Assembly (NCBI GenBank): GCA_951406725.2
Contig: OX597814.1
Coordinates: 133,362,001 to 133,426,000, forward strand
DNA length: 64,000 nucleotides
DNA from: Octopus vulgaris
Lineage: Eukaryota
Reading direction: 5' to 3'
Shown here one piece after another: positions 41,060 through 54,643 of this stretch. The notes beneath the pieces were generated by a model. It saw only the letters and a list, made by a program, of their open reading frames with translations. It did no database searches and was not told where the DNA came from. How positions within the stretch are numbered: position 1 is the stretch's first letter; every line of letters starts with the position of its first letter. The translations under genes and the position numbers were made by a program.

Positions 41060-41725
41060 CTTCTTTCCGGCAGAGTCCACATGTGGAGCGCTGGCTTTGG
41101 TATGGGAGACCAAAATCTATTATGACCTAGGATATTCTATATAAAACTTTCCTATTTAGCAGATGGTGTATGTGGATGACTAGGGGCGTGGATTTGCTAT
41201 AGTCTTCATATTTAAATGAGTTTAGATGTGCAAAATATCACTCTTTAAAATTAATAGTAGACCCATGTAGCAGCTAGTAGAATTATACAATATTCTGTGG
41301 ACAATGCATTTGTATACAACGTTAAACCTTCTGCAGTGAACTTGCAGCGGGCATTCGTTCTCGGCCCGGCAGTTGCAACTATCTGTCTTACGTGGCTTAG
41401 TTGTGGAGAGGGAAGATGCTGTACTATTTATGGACAAGTTAAAGTTTAGGGTAGTGTTAGGGGATTGGCTCGTATTATCATCATTATTATTATTGTTGTT
41501 GTTGTTGTTAACAGTAGTAGTAATGCAGCGAACAGGCAGAAATGCTTAACGGTTTTTTCGCTCGTGGCTGCGTTCTGAGTTCAAATTCGCCAGAGGTCGA
41601 CTCTGCCTTTCATCCTCTCGGGGTCGATAAATTATGTACTAGTGAAACACTGGGGTCGATATAATTGACTAGTCTTCTTCCCTAAACTTCCAGGCCTAGT
41701 GCCTATAGTAGAAAGGATTATTATC

Positions 41726-41781
<56 letters not shown>

Positions 41782-42210
41782 CGGTGGTGGTGGTGGTAGT
41801 ACTGGTCATATTAGAGTTATTAGCGTTAGTAGGAGTAGTGTTATTAGCATTAACACTCGTTTTAGCCGTACTCCAGCTTCCTCGGAAGTGGGGATGTTTG
41901 TATCCTGGTTTATGCTGGTTACAGTGTCAGGGTTACGGGTGTGGTATATGCCATAATGTTCGGTGTTAGTGTTTTCGCTGCATTTACCTGTGTTATGATT
42001 ACATATATTTAGGTAGTAGGAATTAAGTTTACGCTTATTGTATGAGGTAATAATAGAGTCTATATTGGGCGGAGAGGAGCAAGACAATTTCAGAGTGGAT
42101 CTGTTGGAGATTGAATGGTGCTTATGGTGGTGTATTTGAAAAAAGGTTTTCGCTAGGTCCTTAACGTTTAAAGCGACTGGGGGTGTAAACCAGAGAATCG
42201 AACTTCCCCC
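41060..42210 (-). mobile_element. PLE linker/GIY-YIG remnant interrupted by a SINE
   Basis: WFTPPVALNVK, SCSSPPNIDSIITSYNKRKL and CNCRAENECPLQVHCRRFNVVYKC. Confidence 0.75.
41525..41722 (+). mobile_element. SINE family B variant
   Basis: ctgagttcaaattcgccagaggtcgactctgcctttcatcctctcggggtcgataaatt, followed by (TAG)n. Confidence 0.85.
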
Positions 42211-43461
42211 GATTTAATTAGGCAACTTTCATTACTCTGCCTTGCGCCACCCACTCGCCCTCGTCCTCCTACTTACAGCATAGCAAAAATGCTATTCAAT
42301 TCCTGATGATATATACTTTTCAAAACGTTTTTGTTTACAAGAGAAAACAAGTTATTCTACCAGCTATCTATAAGCTATAGCTAGTGGTTTGACTTTCTAA
42401 AAATGTCAGGCAAAGTTTTCCTCAGTTGCATTTGCTATTGTAAGTGATGGGATGCATTGGATTAGTATGTTCTGGAGACAATATGTCCTATAAGGCGGAA
42501 TGATTGCCTACAATCCTTTCATCACAGATCTGTTTTAGACAGATTTGATCTTGGATAAACGTAATCACGAAGTTATATATCCACAACAAAATTATTCTAT
42601 AGTGGTAAAAAAACTAGAAATGTCATGAAGAAATATTCTCACATTATATTAACAAACAACATTTATCTTCCTAGAGCAAAACCTCACGCTATATAAGCAG
42701 GAAACTGTGTAGTACGTGTAGCTTACCCTTCATATAAAGGATGAGTGGTTATTTGTCAATGTTAACTACATAAAACAAATACCACCGATTATGCCTAGTT
42801 ACCAAGCTTTATCTTGACGAGTTTATCTTTTCTTCATAATATACTTGACATTTTCTTCGTGCCATAATAGATTTAGCAAGATTATAAACAATATGAATTT
42901 TATTCATGCGAATTTTATTTCAAATGTCAAAACACACTCGACCTATATAGTAGACATCATTCTTTCAGTATTGAAATAAATTTATTATAATAATTTAAAG
43001 AGTTTGGGTAAAGAATATAGCCAAGAAAAACAATTGCTCACTTAATATAATTTTGTATGATTAATATTAATTGTATTGGGAACAAATTCAAACGGCATCG
43101 TTTTAGCCATTTGTCCCTTAAATTTTTACAACATAGCCACCGTTCAAGTTGCTCTCTCGAAATAAATAGCTACATGCAGAAACAATTGAGCATTGGACAG
43201 CTTATTTCACGGTAATGAATTCCAGATTTCAAGACATGCCAGTATATTTTATCTTTTATCCATCCAGAGTCGATATTGTGTAGTTCTTTGAGATACAGTC
43301 TTATATTCATGTTACAGATATTTGATGGACACCAGTGAGTTCAAATTGAAGGTCAGTAAAACGGTTACGATTAAAAGCCTAGCGTCGATTATGTTCTGAG
43401 ACTTTTTTTTCAAATTGTGTGTCCTTGTACTCAAGATAAAAGTTGTTGTCAAATAGGAGTA

Positions 43462-43669
43462 CAGTAATCCCCCGCCATATCGCGGTTCACATATCACGGT
43501 TTATTATTTAAGCTTACGTCGATTCCTCTGTGGTGTTGTTTTGCATTTATAATAAAACAAATATATACAAATTATAAAAATTTTTTAAAAATATACAGTA
43601 CTGTTTCTACTCCACGGATTTTCACTTATCGCGGAGGATTTTGGAAGGTAAACCTGCGAAGGACTATTG
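43462..43669. mobile_element. Tc1/pogo-type MITE
   Basis: TA|cagtaatccccc ... gaaggactattg|TA; subterminal atcgcgg repeats. Confidence 0.6.
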
Positions 43670-43684
43670 TAATACAAACATGAT

Positions 43685-43724
<40 letters not shown>

Positions 43725-43726
43725 TG

Positions 43727-43789
<63 letters not shown>

Positions 43790-44328
43790 AGAGCAGCAGC
43801 AGCAATAGCTCTTTTGATTTCACGCGCGATGCGAGAATGAAAAAAAGACTAGTAGAGTTTATATTAGCCCCTAACAGTTATTGTTTGGTAAAGGTGAGTG
43901 AGGATTTCCAGTTGCCTTTGTTTGCTTTGGTGATTGTCAAGTAGAGGAAAAACTGTTCACTGACTTCTAACAATGTTTAAAATATTCAAAATGAGATATA
44001 TGTCTCTGCAGAGTCATCTCTCGTTTCTTATTCAAAACGTTTCATCAAAAATTTGATTGATATTATAGTGACTCAAAAATCGTACATTCTTTTCCCTGAC
44101 CATGATTCTTGAAATAGCAAAAAGAATTAAATTTGCTGAGAAGTTGTATTAAAAAGAAATGTACCTAGTAACAGGAAAAAACCACCCACCATCTCATCTC
44201 AATCATCACTTAGCAATTTGCTACAAACGATAATATATATATTAAACACATGAATGTGAAACAAGGTGGAAAAAAAGAGTACTCAAATACCAGTGGTAGA
44301 GTAATATGCTTTATTTAAAGCAGCAGAA

Positions 44329-44742
44329 GGTTGCGTGTAGAGATGTAGGGAAGGGTTTTTAATTGTTCTTTCTTTTTTGGTTTTGTTTGTCTCAGGTCTT
44401 CTATACTTAATTTAAGTGCCCGTTGGATTGCACTGTCTATTAGGGCTGTGGATAGTTTCTATTTGTGAGTGTGGTTCTAAGTTCCTGTATATATATGTAT
44501 TTATATACATATATATATGTATGTATTTATATATATGTATTTACATAAGTGTATATATTTATTTAGCCCAGTATATATAAAATCATATATATGTGTGTGT
44601 GCGTATGTGTGTATGTGTATATATATATACACTTTATTTAAAGCAGCAGAAAATTCTACAAAACCTGTTACTCTGTCCGATGAACGGCAACGCGAAACTC
44701 AGAGTAACAGGTTTTGTAGAATTTTCTGCTGCTTTAAATAAA

Positions 44743-44791
<49 letters not shown>

Positions 44792-45079
44792 CATACACTC
44801 ATACGCACACACACATATATATGATTTGATATATACTGGGCTAAATAAATATATACACTTATGTAAATACATATATATAAATACATACATATATATATGT
44901 ATATAAATACATATATATACAGGAACTTAGAACCACACTCACAAATAGAAACTATCCACAGCCCCTAATAGACAGTGCAATCCAACGGGCACTTAAATTA
45001 AGTATAGAAGACCTGAGACAAACAAAACCAAAAAAGAAAGAACAATTAAAAACCCTTCCCTACATCTCTACACACAACC
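44329..45079. repeat. ~750-bp near-perfect palindrome at the PLE 5' end
   Basis: Arms 44329-44675 and 44700-45079; 24-nt spacer. Confidence 0.95.
44673..44710 (+). ncRNA. Hammerhead-like motif, U4C core variant
   Basis: ctgt-CCGATGA-acg-gcaa-cgc-GAA-act-cag-agt-A-acag. Confidence 0.6.
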
Positions 45080-45670
45080 CACTTAACAATGAGGCCTTCA
45101 GCAAAATACTACAAAGCACAGCCCTACTAAAGGGAGACCCAAAGATGAACCGGATCCTCGAAACACACACCATCATTAAAAGTAAACGGCAACCAAAATC
45201 CTTGAAAAGGATTTTAACCCAAGCTAAACTGCACCCAACATCAACCACAAAACCAGCAGTTAGAAAATGTGGAAGACCCAACTGCGGAATCTGTGTCATC
45301 TTAGTAGAAGGTTCAGAATTTATACTAGAACAAGGCCATCAGTTCACCATTAGAACAAACTTCACCTGTGCATCAGAAAACTTAATTTACGTCTTAATAT
45401 GCGCAGGCTGCAATAGGCAATATATAGGCCATACAAAAAATAGCTTACGTAACAGGATGGCGGTGCATAAATCACAAATTAGAAACCCTGAATACCGGAA
45501 AATACCGGTAAGCGGACACATAGATAGATGCTGCAAATGAAAATCCGAAATTTACAACTTGCCCACTTTACAAATTCAGTGACAGCGTAACCTTCACGCA
45601 ACGCCAAAATAAAGAACTTTATTTCATCAAAAAATTTAGACCAAGTTTGAACACCCTGGGCCAGGAATAT
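44923..45670 (+). mobile_element. PLE (Neptune-like) thumb + zinc-finger linker + GIY-YIG endonuclease
   Basis: Open frame 44923-45540: NRNYPQPLIDSAI...LPYISTHNP...KCGRPNCGIC...FTCASENLIYVLICAGCNRQYIGHTKNSLRNRMAVH. Confidence 0.9.
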
Positions 45671-45914
45671 TAAAACAAAACATTGGTCTTCCGAAAAAGA
45701 AAAAACGAAACTCTACCACAACCACTACGACTGCTCCCACTAACACTACCACTACTACAACCACCGTGGTCACTGTTACTACGGCCACAGTGAGAGAATT
45801 AAAATAGTGGAGGTGGGGGCAATTACAATTTCTCAGATCCTTAAACAGTCACTCCCGCTGGCAGTGGTATGTCTTAGGGAAGGAAAAATTTATAAAAAGA
45901 ATTTTTTTCTCTGC

Positions 45915-46285
45915 GAACAGATCTGATTTTGATTAGTCAAAAAATTGATGACGTTTTATCTCAGTAGTCAAGCTTGTCGCCATGCTTGATTGATTTCCCT
46001 ACAAGATATAGTTATGGATCAGGTCTAATTCTGATTCGTTAAAAAATTGATGACGCTTTTCTTCCGTGGTCAAACTAACCAGGATACAATTATGGGTCAG
46101 ATCTGACTTTGATTCGCTAAAAAATTGATGACGTTTTTCTTCCGTGGTCAAACTAGCCACCTAACAGGATACAATTATGGGTCAGATCTAATTTTGATTC
46201 GCTAAAAAATTGATGACGTTTTTCTTCCGTGGTCAAACTTGTCGTTCTGCTTGGCTGGTTTCCTAAACAGGATACAGTTGGGGGT
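45915..46285. repeat. Minisatellite, four units of ~78-100 bp
   Basis: Recurrent cagatct..tttgattcgctaaaaaattgatgacgtttttcttccgtggtcaaact. Confidence 0.85.
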
Positions 46286-46723
46286 CTTTTCCTTATAATC
46301 GTTGAAGCTTGGCTTTGATTGGTTTGGAATTATATAACGTCAGTGAACAGTGCCAGAGACCACAGCTACTACAGCCACAACTTAACTGATATAAACCCAA
46401 CAATCATAAGGTTACCAAAATTACGCTAACAGTCGACAACCAAGAATCACTACTATTGCTCCCATCGGAACACAAGGTAAAATCTATAATGAACTCCTGC
46501 ACTACACTTGACAAAATAGTAAGGAACGACTTACACCTTATAATATATTTTTCGCCTTTTCAAGAACATGGATTCTATTGAATGTATATAACATGGACTC
46601 TATTGAATGTATGTAATAATTATGAACTGTTCCATTATACTTTATATGTATATAGCATGGACTCTATTGAATGTATGAAACAATTATGAACTATTCCATT
46701 ATACTCTTTATTATAAAAAAATT

Positions 46724-46768
46724 CTTTTTGATAAGGTTCGTTATTTCAAGAACTGAAACATGTAAAAG
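46724..46768 (+). ncRNA. Type I hammerhead ribozyme with U3-A8 core
   Basis: cttt-TTGATAA-ggttc-gttatttcaa-gaact-GAA-ACATGT-A-aaag. Confidence 0.65.
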
Positions 46769-46847
46769 TTAAAATTTATCTAATATAGTGGCATTTTCAA
46801 ACTTCTTTTTACAAATATAAACCCACTCGTATACGATCTAATCTTAT

Positions 46848-46931
<84 letters not shown>

Positions 46932-46960
46932 AACACACACACACATACACACACACACAC

Positions 46961-47005
<45 letters not shown>

Positions 47006-48224
47006 AACTTGATACATTTCTTATAAATGATATAAAAGATAATTAACTCTATCTCTTCGCGATTTACATCAAATTATATCTCATCCAGAGATATCATTAA
47101 GCGTCAATATTTCGCCAAATAGAAATATTGTAGAAGAAATGATAACAATCCTATTAGCATTATTCTCTCTAGACACACAACTGAATTATCAGTACTCCGA
47201 CTGGGACCGAACCTATTACAATGCATATCCATTTTATTAAATAATATTCTTACAATATATTCGTTTAAATTTTTGTGATCTTTTCGAAAGAATCGGAGAA
47301 GTATGCCAAGAAGTAATATTTACATGTGAATATGTATACGTAATAGTTACATCGTGCTAGACTGCTGTTACAATCAAGGCCATATGAACAGTAAAGTAAC
47401 TTATTATCTATATGCAATCATAATATAGGTTATCAGGCGTCAAAGTCTCCCATTACGTATCTGTGTCCGGGGCATTAATATTCTACTTCTTTCTTTAGTT
47501 TATTTAATGTATACACCTTCCATTGGTAACCTATTAGGTCGAACCCCTGTGTTATGCTATCCCCTGCTGCTCTTAGTTATGTATCTTGTTTTTAATAAAC
47601 ATTTCCGTTTGAGATTTTCCTCTGAGACAAATAATATAGTGTGTGCTGGAGTAGAGACGTTAATGAGTCATTTCAGCTTTCAGATAGTTTTCCTCGTTCA
47701 TTTTTAGTATGTGTTGTGAAAGTACAGTTTACGCTGTGTTACAATGCTTCTTGTGAGGTGCATCAAATAGTTGTTTCGAGTTGAAGCAGATTAATCAAAA
47801 ATATGATAGATGGAAAATAAGTTAAGAGAATATCCTTACAAAGACATATTCTCAGAATAGAAATATGTTCTTAGAAAAGCAAATTGAACAACAAAGAGAT
47901 CGATCGGAAATTTATTGATAGAAACAATATAATTTGTCGAAAATAATGAAACCCTATTAACGTCATTGTAAATAGCTATTTTACTTTCAAAGTAATTATG
48001 ATAAAGGATGAAATAAATTATATTTTAAATTATGTTCAGGCGTTCGCTTTTTAACCAAAAACAAAATAAAACAAAGTTTAGATAATGAATTTTCTCAAAA
48101 CTGAATATTTAATTTATATTCTTGATTGGATATAACGCCTCGAAGATAATCTAATGTACATATACATGTGTGTGCATGTGTGTACATATATATATATATA
48201 TACATGTAATTTTTTATTCTTTTA

Positions 48225-48388
48225 TTCTTTTATACTTGTTTCAGTTATTTGACTGCGGCCATGCGGGAAGACCACATTGAAGGATTTTAGTCGAAGAAAT
48301 CGACGTCAGGTTTTATTTTCTGTAAGTATAGTACTTATTCTATTGGTCTCATTGGACGAACCGCTAGGTTCCGGGGACGTAAACACAT
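48225..48388 (-). mobile_element. SINE family A, 3' part
   Basis: cttgtttcagttatttgactgcggccatgc...ggggacgtaaacac. Confidence 0.8.
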
Positions 48389-48954
48389 GTCGAACGAATG
48401 CTGTCACGTCTGGGAAGAGTGCAGCTGTCCTCCAAGTCGATTATAATGTTTGTTCCACCACCATCCTTCAATAAGGAAGAAAGATGTGTTTTCTTGATGT
48501 AGTAGCGTTGGCAAAAGAGGTTGTTTGGAGAATGAGAATGAGGGGAGTGGCGACGGGTGCCTTCATCTCCGGCCCTGGTTTGGTCAACATGTTCGATTTC
48601 CAGCTTAAAAGAGAACTAAGGCTGGAAAGGAGACGCCTGTCGCCCGTGATATATGGCAAAAGATGGAAGGTAGTGACGCGGATGTTGAGTGTGAATAATG
48701 CTGCGTGAGTGTAAAACATAAAGGAAACAGAAAGGTTCAGTGGTGGATCCGGGCTTGTGGGATCGAACCTGCGCCCCACTCAGTTGTGACGTGTTTGTAT
48801 TGTATTGTAATTGCATCTGTATATATAATCAGTTAAATTTTTAAATTCACTTTTAATGCTTCATCATTCGATCCCAACCCCTTTCGCTTTGTATAGTCCC
48901 TTCTTCGCTCGGCTCTTGTGGCTGGAATAAAATCATTTCGTAATTTGGGTAGCA

Positions 48955-49985
48955 TCATGTATGACCCGATTGTCAGTAAAGCAGAGAATGCAAACTACGG
49001 GTCGATTGCAAGCAGGGCAGGATGCCCTGGTTGTTGCTAAAGCTTACAATGTCCACGGCAGCACCATCTATCGCCTGCAACAGTGATAGAACAATACCAA
49101 CAGCATTGCAGACCGTGCCCTCAGAGGGTGCTCCGGGTGACCACGACCAGACCAGGCAGGACACTTCATTCACCTGCAACATCTCCGTCACGGTTTCATA
49201 CCGACCAGCGTGACAGCTCGCGTGACCATTCACACTGGACAGCTACCCACCAGCGGTGACATGGTAGTGGTTGCCAACAATCTACGTTGCTGTCGTCCTG
49301 CTCGAAGGCCTGTCCTCACCGACCGCCACCGTCAGACACGACTACAGTGGGCTATACAGCACCGATATTGGCGGTATCTACAATGAAGGTCTTCTCTGAC
49401 GAGAGCCGGTACTGCGTTTCCACCTCGAATGGCAGAGTGAGGGTGTGGTGTAGGAGAGGTGAACGCTACAGAGACGCATGCGTCATCAAGAGGGATGCGT
49501 GGGGTAGCCAAAGCATCATGGTTTAGGGTGCTATAGGCTTGAATCAGAGAACTGAGCCACGTGTGTTCCAAAATGTTGGTGCAGGCAGAGGGAATGGAAT
49601 CACTGTGTAGCGCTACGTTGACCAAATCCTAAGACCGCACTTCGTTGCCTTCTTCAAGCGTCAACATACCCACGTGTTCCGGCAGGACAATTCTCCCTCC
49701 CACCCGGCCAGTGTCACCATGGACTTCCTGCGTCAGAACAAGGTGAGAACCATGCCGTGGCCAGCTCTCGGTGCCGATTTGAACCCAATTGAACACATGT
49801 GGGATGAAATCCAGCCACAGCTGAACCAGGCGGTCCGAAGCTCAACAGCTCATGTGGATCTGAGGACAGTTTTCTTCAGGGTGTGGGCACAGGTGCCAAT
49901 GGCTATTGTGAACCGCCTCATGCACTCCATGTACCGACGGTGTATGACCGTTTTGAACATTCTGGGGAGGCATACACGGCATTGA
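48955..49985 (+). mobile_element. Tc1 (DD34E) transposase pseudogene
   Basis: VFSDESRY, RVRVW.RRGER, IMV*GAI, FRQDNSPSH and WPALGADLNPIEHMWD. Confidence 0.92.
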
Positions 49986-50299
49986 ACCTGCTATGCCCTA
50001 CAATCTCGATGTGCTGGATCCACCCACTACCAGAACACATGACAACGACCCATATACTGCGGTCAGAGTGCATCAAAGAAATTGACTTTATCAGATTTAT
50101 CAAAATTTATCTCTAACATAATGAAATTAAAACATATTTCAGTCACACAAGTTTAGTGTATTTCACTTTTGATGTTTCAAAACAGCTAAACAGCTGACAG
50201 ATATTATATTCTTAAGCATGACGACCCTCTGATGCCCCTCTCAGAACCCAAAATTGTAATTTCAAACTTTCTCAAATTGTTCACGTATACCTACGTCGC

Positions 50300-51400
50300 G
50301 GAATTACAGAGTACTTGCTAAGAACATCATCTACAAGACATGGAGAGAAAAATAACCAATCATTTTTCCAATACCTTCATTCCTTGAATCTTCTCAAGAA
50401 ATACCATACGGCCTTCGTATCCTGCTCTTGTATGGCAGTTATTAATACTCTCTCGTCTAGGGAAATCTGTCCAAGAAAGCATTTGACCATTCCTCTCACG
50501 TAGACTTTGATAAACTATCCGCTTATGGACTTTAGACTTTTCTTCATTTTTGGTTCGATAAATTACTGTCAGTTAATGTATGAAAGTTTGCTAAGATATA
50601 TTTCTCTTTGACCACGCAACATAAATTCCAGTGTACTATGTTAGGAGGCGTAATTTTCCTTTCTCTAGATTATCAGTCAACCAACTCTTAAGATGAAATA
50701 ATGTATCCCTCCTCTTCCATCATCCAACCACAGGTCTCATTCTTATGCTACCTAGGAAATATTTCTTTATTATGTGGGTGGAGCTATATGTTTCTGAAAA
50801 GTAAGGTACGCATTGGCCACATTTTTAAAGGGAACAACTTTGTCACCCTCCCTGATCTTAGGCAATTGCAAATAAAGCCATGAAAGTAGGTACAACGTTT
50901 TATACTTCATTAACTTTGATATCTCTTGGAGATGTTACTAATAATGTAAAAAGTCGAAATCCTAAAGACTAGCCTTTATCTTTGGAAATGGAATATTCTT
51001 CAACCTCAACAAACTGATGATTCCCTACAATCTTTAAGGGAGACTTACAGTGTTATAAGCTCCTAAAACTGAGATTTTTCTGCAACATAGACATAGAGCC
51101 ATCTAGAAGTTAATGATCTGGTTGATTAACAATCTCAGTGTTCATAGTCTAGCACACGTAGAGTGGCCTCGTCTCCTTGGAATGTGCTAACTACATACCA
51201 TCGCCAACGAAGTTTTTTTTTCCATGACTTTAGTCTTTCATCATTTCGTTATCCGATATTGTCTCAACTACAAGAGTGTCATTCAATAATCTATCCAGAA
51301 AAACTTCAGTCTTCTGAAATGTGTTTTATATTCACATTTCCCTAACAGACTTTGTTGTTTAATCTAAATAGCAACCGGATAACTGGCACATTCCCTTCCA
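50300..51400 (-). mobile_element. Highly decayed PLE RT remnant
   Basis: LYLQLPKIREGDKVVPF...APPT near 50775-50880 resembles PLE YxLPKIHK...PT. Confidence 0.4.
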
Positions 51401-51529
51401 CTTCAGGAAATCATAAAATAAACCCGTTATGAGTATAGGTAAATTTTGTATATAGATATAGATACATTTTGTATATAGATACAGAGAAGGAGTGGGAGAG
51501 AGGGAGAGAGAAGCACAAAGAGGGAAGTA

Positions 51530-52802
51530 TTAGGTTGTTCCGAAAATAATGACCCATTTCAGAAACAATTTTATTCTGGAAAAATTAACAATAGAAAAGC
51601 TTTGATTAGTCAAAGTATGAGCCGTGAACATCTCTGCATCTCTGCCACCAGTCAGTGAGATATTTATGCCTCGTTGATAAAAACGTATTGGCTTTGATGC
51701 TAAAAAAGCCTTTGAAAGCTGATTCAATTTCTGGTTTGGGTCTGGAAGTTTTATTAGTTAAAAACGTGTTTTGAAAATGGTAGTCAGTGGGTTAAAGTTC
51801 AGGGGAATATGGAGGATGTGGTAAAGTCTCGTATCCCAAATCTGTGAGTTTCTGCAGCGTCATTCTTGCAACATGTGGCTTTGCATTATCGTGGAGCAGA
51901 GCTGGACCACGCCGATTCGCCAATGCAAGTCTAATTTGTTTGCAAATGAACATTTATTTCAGCGAGTTCATTGCAGTAAACTTCTGCTGTAATGCTTGAG
52001 ATAGGCTTCTAGAAAGCTGTAATGGACAACACCAATTGCAGACCACTACACAGTCACCATAATCTTTTGCTGACACAACTTTGGCTTTGAAAAATGTTTA
52101 GGGGACTCATCACAATCAATCCATTGACTTGATCGTTTTCAGTTACCATAAAGGATCCACTTCTCGTCACAAGTGACTATTCAGTCAAGAAAAGGATCAT
52201 TGGTGTTTCGCACGAAAGGGCATCAAGCATACTTCAAAACGCCGAACTTTTTGATTTTCATTTAGCTCATGTGGTACCCATTTATCGAGTTTTTCACCTC
52301 ACCAACCTACTGCTGATTGCGTAAAACCGTCATAATACCGACACCAAGTGCCTCAGACATTTTTCTGCCACTCTGACGTAGGTTTTGTTGAACAATTGTT
52401 TTCATTTGTTCATTGTCAAGACTGCATGACCGTCCTCTACTGTCTTCATCTTCAAGGCTCTCATCACCAGTACGGAATTTCTGAAATCACCTTCGTGCTG
52501 TGCGACCACTTGTGGACCCCTCTCCGCAGGCTCTATTGGTGTTGGCATCAGCTTTTGAGACATTGTGCCCAATCTTGAACTCATGCAAGAAAAGTTAGCG
52601 AAGGTCCTTTTTTGTCATGTTCATAATTAAGGGCGCTTACGCTTCAAGAATTTTTTCAGTTTGATAAGTTGAAAATTATTAAGGAGAATACATCCATTAT
52701 TAAGTACGTCGAATTTCACCTAAGATATAATTAATACACTATGATAAAATTACGTTTCAAAGTACAACACTTAGAGCAGTCGTTATTTTCGGAACAACCT
52801 AA
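51530..52802 (-). mobile_element. Full-length (1273 bp) defective mariner
   Basis: TIRs ttaggttgttccgaaaataa(t/c)gac at both ends with TA duplication. Motifs WVPHEL, WILYGN and PHPPYSPEL*PTDYHF. Confidence 0.93.
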
Positions 52803-53046
52803 TATTAATCTCACTAATTTCTCAGAATGAATGAACTTCTAGAGCTTTCTATTTTTATTTGGTTCCTCCAAAATATATTTGTTTGAATGGTTTTCTGAGG
52901 TATAAACAATTCTAAATCGTGTGCAGAGGAAAGAGTACTTCGTGGTTCTTTTCGAATAAAACACATGCTCAATTTATTCTGTTGGGAGTCTCCTTTATCT
53001 ATTAATGTAACAACTGATTTATGTAGGTACTGGTATTTGTGATCAG

Positions 53047-53272
53047 GCGAGCTGGCAGAAACGTTAGCACGCCGGGCGAAATGCTTTGCGGTATTTTGTC
53101 TGCCGCTACGTTCTGGGTTCAAATTCCGCGAGGTCAACTTTGCCTTTCATCCTTTCGGGGTCGATTAAATAAGTACCAGTTACGCACTGGAGTCGATATA
53201 ATCGACTTAATCCGTTTGTCTGTCCTTGTTTGTCCCCTCTGTGTTTAGCCCCTTGTGGGTAGTAAAGAAATA
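53047..53272 (+). mobile_element. SINE family B with 15-bp target-site duplication
   Basis: TSD ggtatttgtgatcag at 53032-53046 and 53273-53287. Confidence 0.93.
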
Positions 53273-54351
53273 GGTATTTGTGATCAGATGCAGTGAAATT
53301 CATTGTAGCGTTGTTGATATAACTTCTACAGCTAAAAATGTGGATAACATTTTCAGCTATCTTTGTTAATGGCTAATTCGATGTACTGAGTTAGGCCTCC
53401 GTTATTCTTTTCTTTGCGAAATGCATATGCTACTACTGATGTTATTTGAATTTATTGATTTGAAAGAATGACGTAATAAAACAGCGAGATAGAAGACTGT
53501 AATGGTAAAATAAAGACCAAGTCTTATGCATTCTAAATATATTATATACCCTAAGTATAAGAATACGTATGGAGCTTTTCTGGAGGATTTGGGATTACTC
53601 AAGTATTAGAAAATAAATATTTCTTGCATGCAAATAATTGATTATTGCAAATAAAAGAAAAAAGTAATCTCGTAAGGAAAGCATATTTTTGGAACATTTC
53701 TTTTCCTCGTATTAACTTCTTCAAAGAAACCAAAACATATCGTTGGTTTGGTCTGGTCAGAATTTCCACTCTTGCTACTGAGTATGCTACCACTTATTTG
53801 TTTACAAGATGAATAATTTTGTTAAGCATTTAGCTGGTCAAAATATTTGACATGCATGTTCCATTCATAATCAATATATTGGTAGTTACATCTGCCAAAA
53901 TTACCCTTTAGAAATCAGATCGAAAGATTTATGTTACTTAATGCATATTATATTCTATTTGAAATTTTTATATTCTATCTTTTTATGCCATGCATTTCAT
54001 ATTTAGCTAAATAAATAAATCTCTATAACTTGAAGCATTGTCTTACGTAATTCCTCACACATTGAAATATTGAAGAATTAAGAAGCACTTATTTTTAAAA
54101 GCTACCTCGGTCAGATATCTAAGAATGGGAGAAAACGAGTCGGAAATTGCACAACAGCTCAAAATCTCTTCTTATATACAATGCCACTTAATTAAGGTGA
54201 GACGCCGGAAGGCTTTCCATCTCCCACCCACACCGTTCTGCCACTAACAACAGATAATCTCTTATCCGGCAACTGAATTCAATTTTGTTATCTTTGGACG
54301 TACATTTTTATATGTCGATAAGCTCACTGGAATGATCTTTACCATAAATCT

Positions 54352-54611
54352 TTACCTTTACTTGTTTCAGTCATTAGATTCAGGCCACGCCGAGGCACCA
54401 CCTTCAGGTTTTAGTCGAATGAATTGACCCCATTACTTCTTGTTTGAGCTGGTACATAATCTATTGGTTTCTTTTGCCGAACCGCTGGGTAACTGGGACG
54501 CAAACATACAAACACCTGTTGTCAAGCGGTAGTGGGGGACAAACAATGAGACAAAGACACACACTCACACATAGACACATACATACACACACTTACGTAG
54601 ACATACACACA

Positions 54612-54643
<32 letters not shown>

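Noticed and set aside
45915-46285. CRISPR-like array
   Set aside because: Eukaryotic context, intervening sequences are homologous rather than unique spacers, and there are no cas genes.
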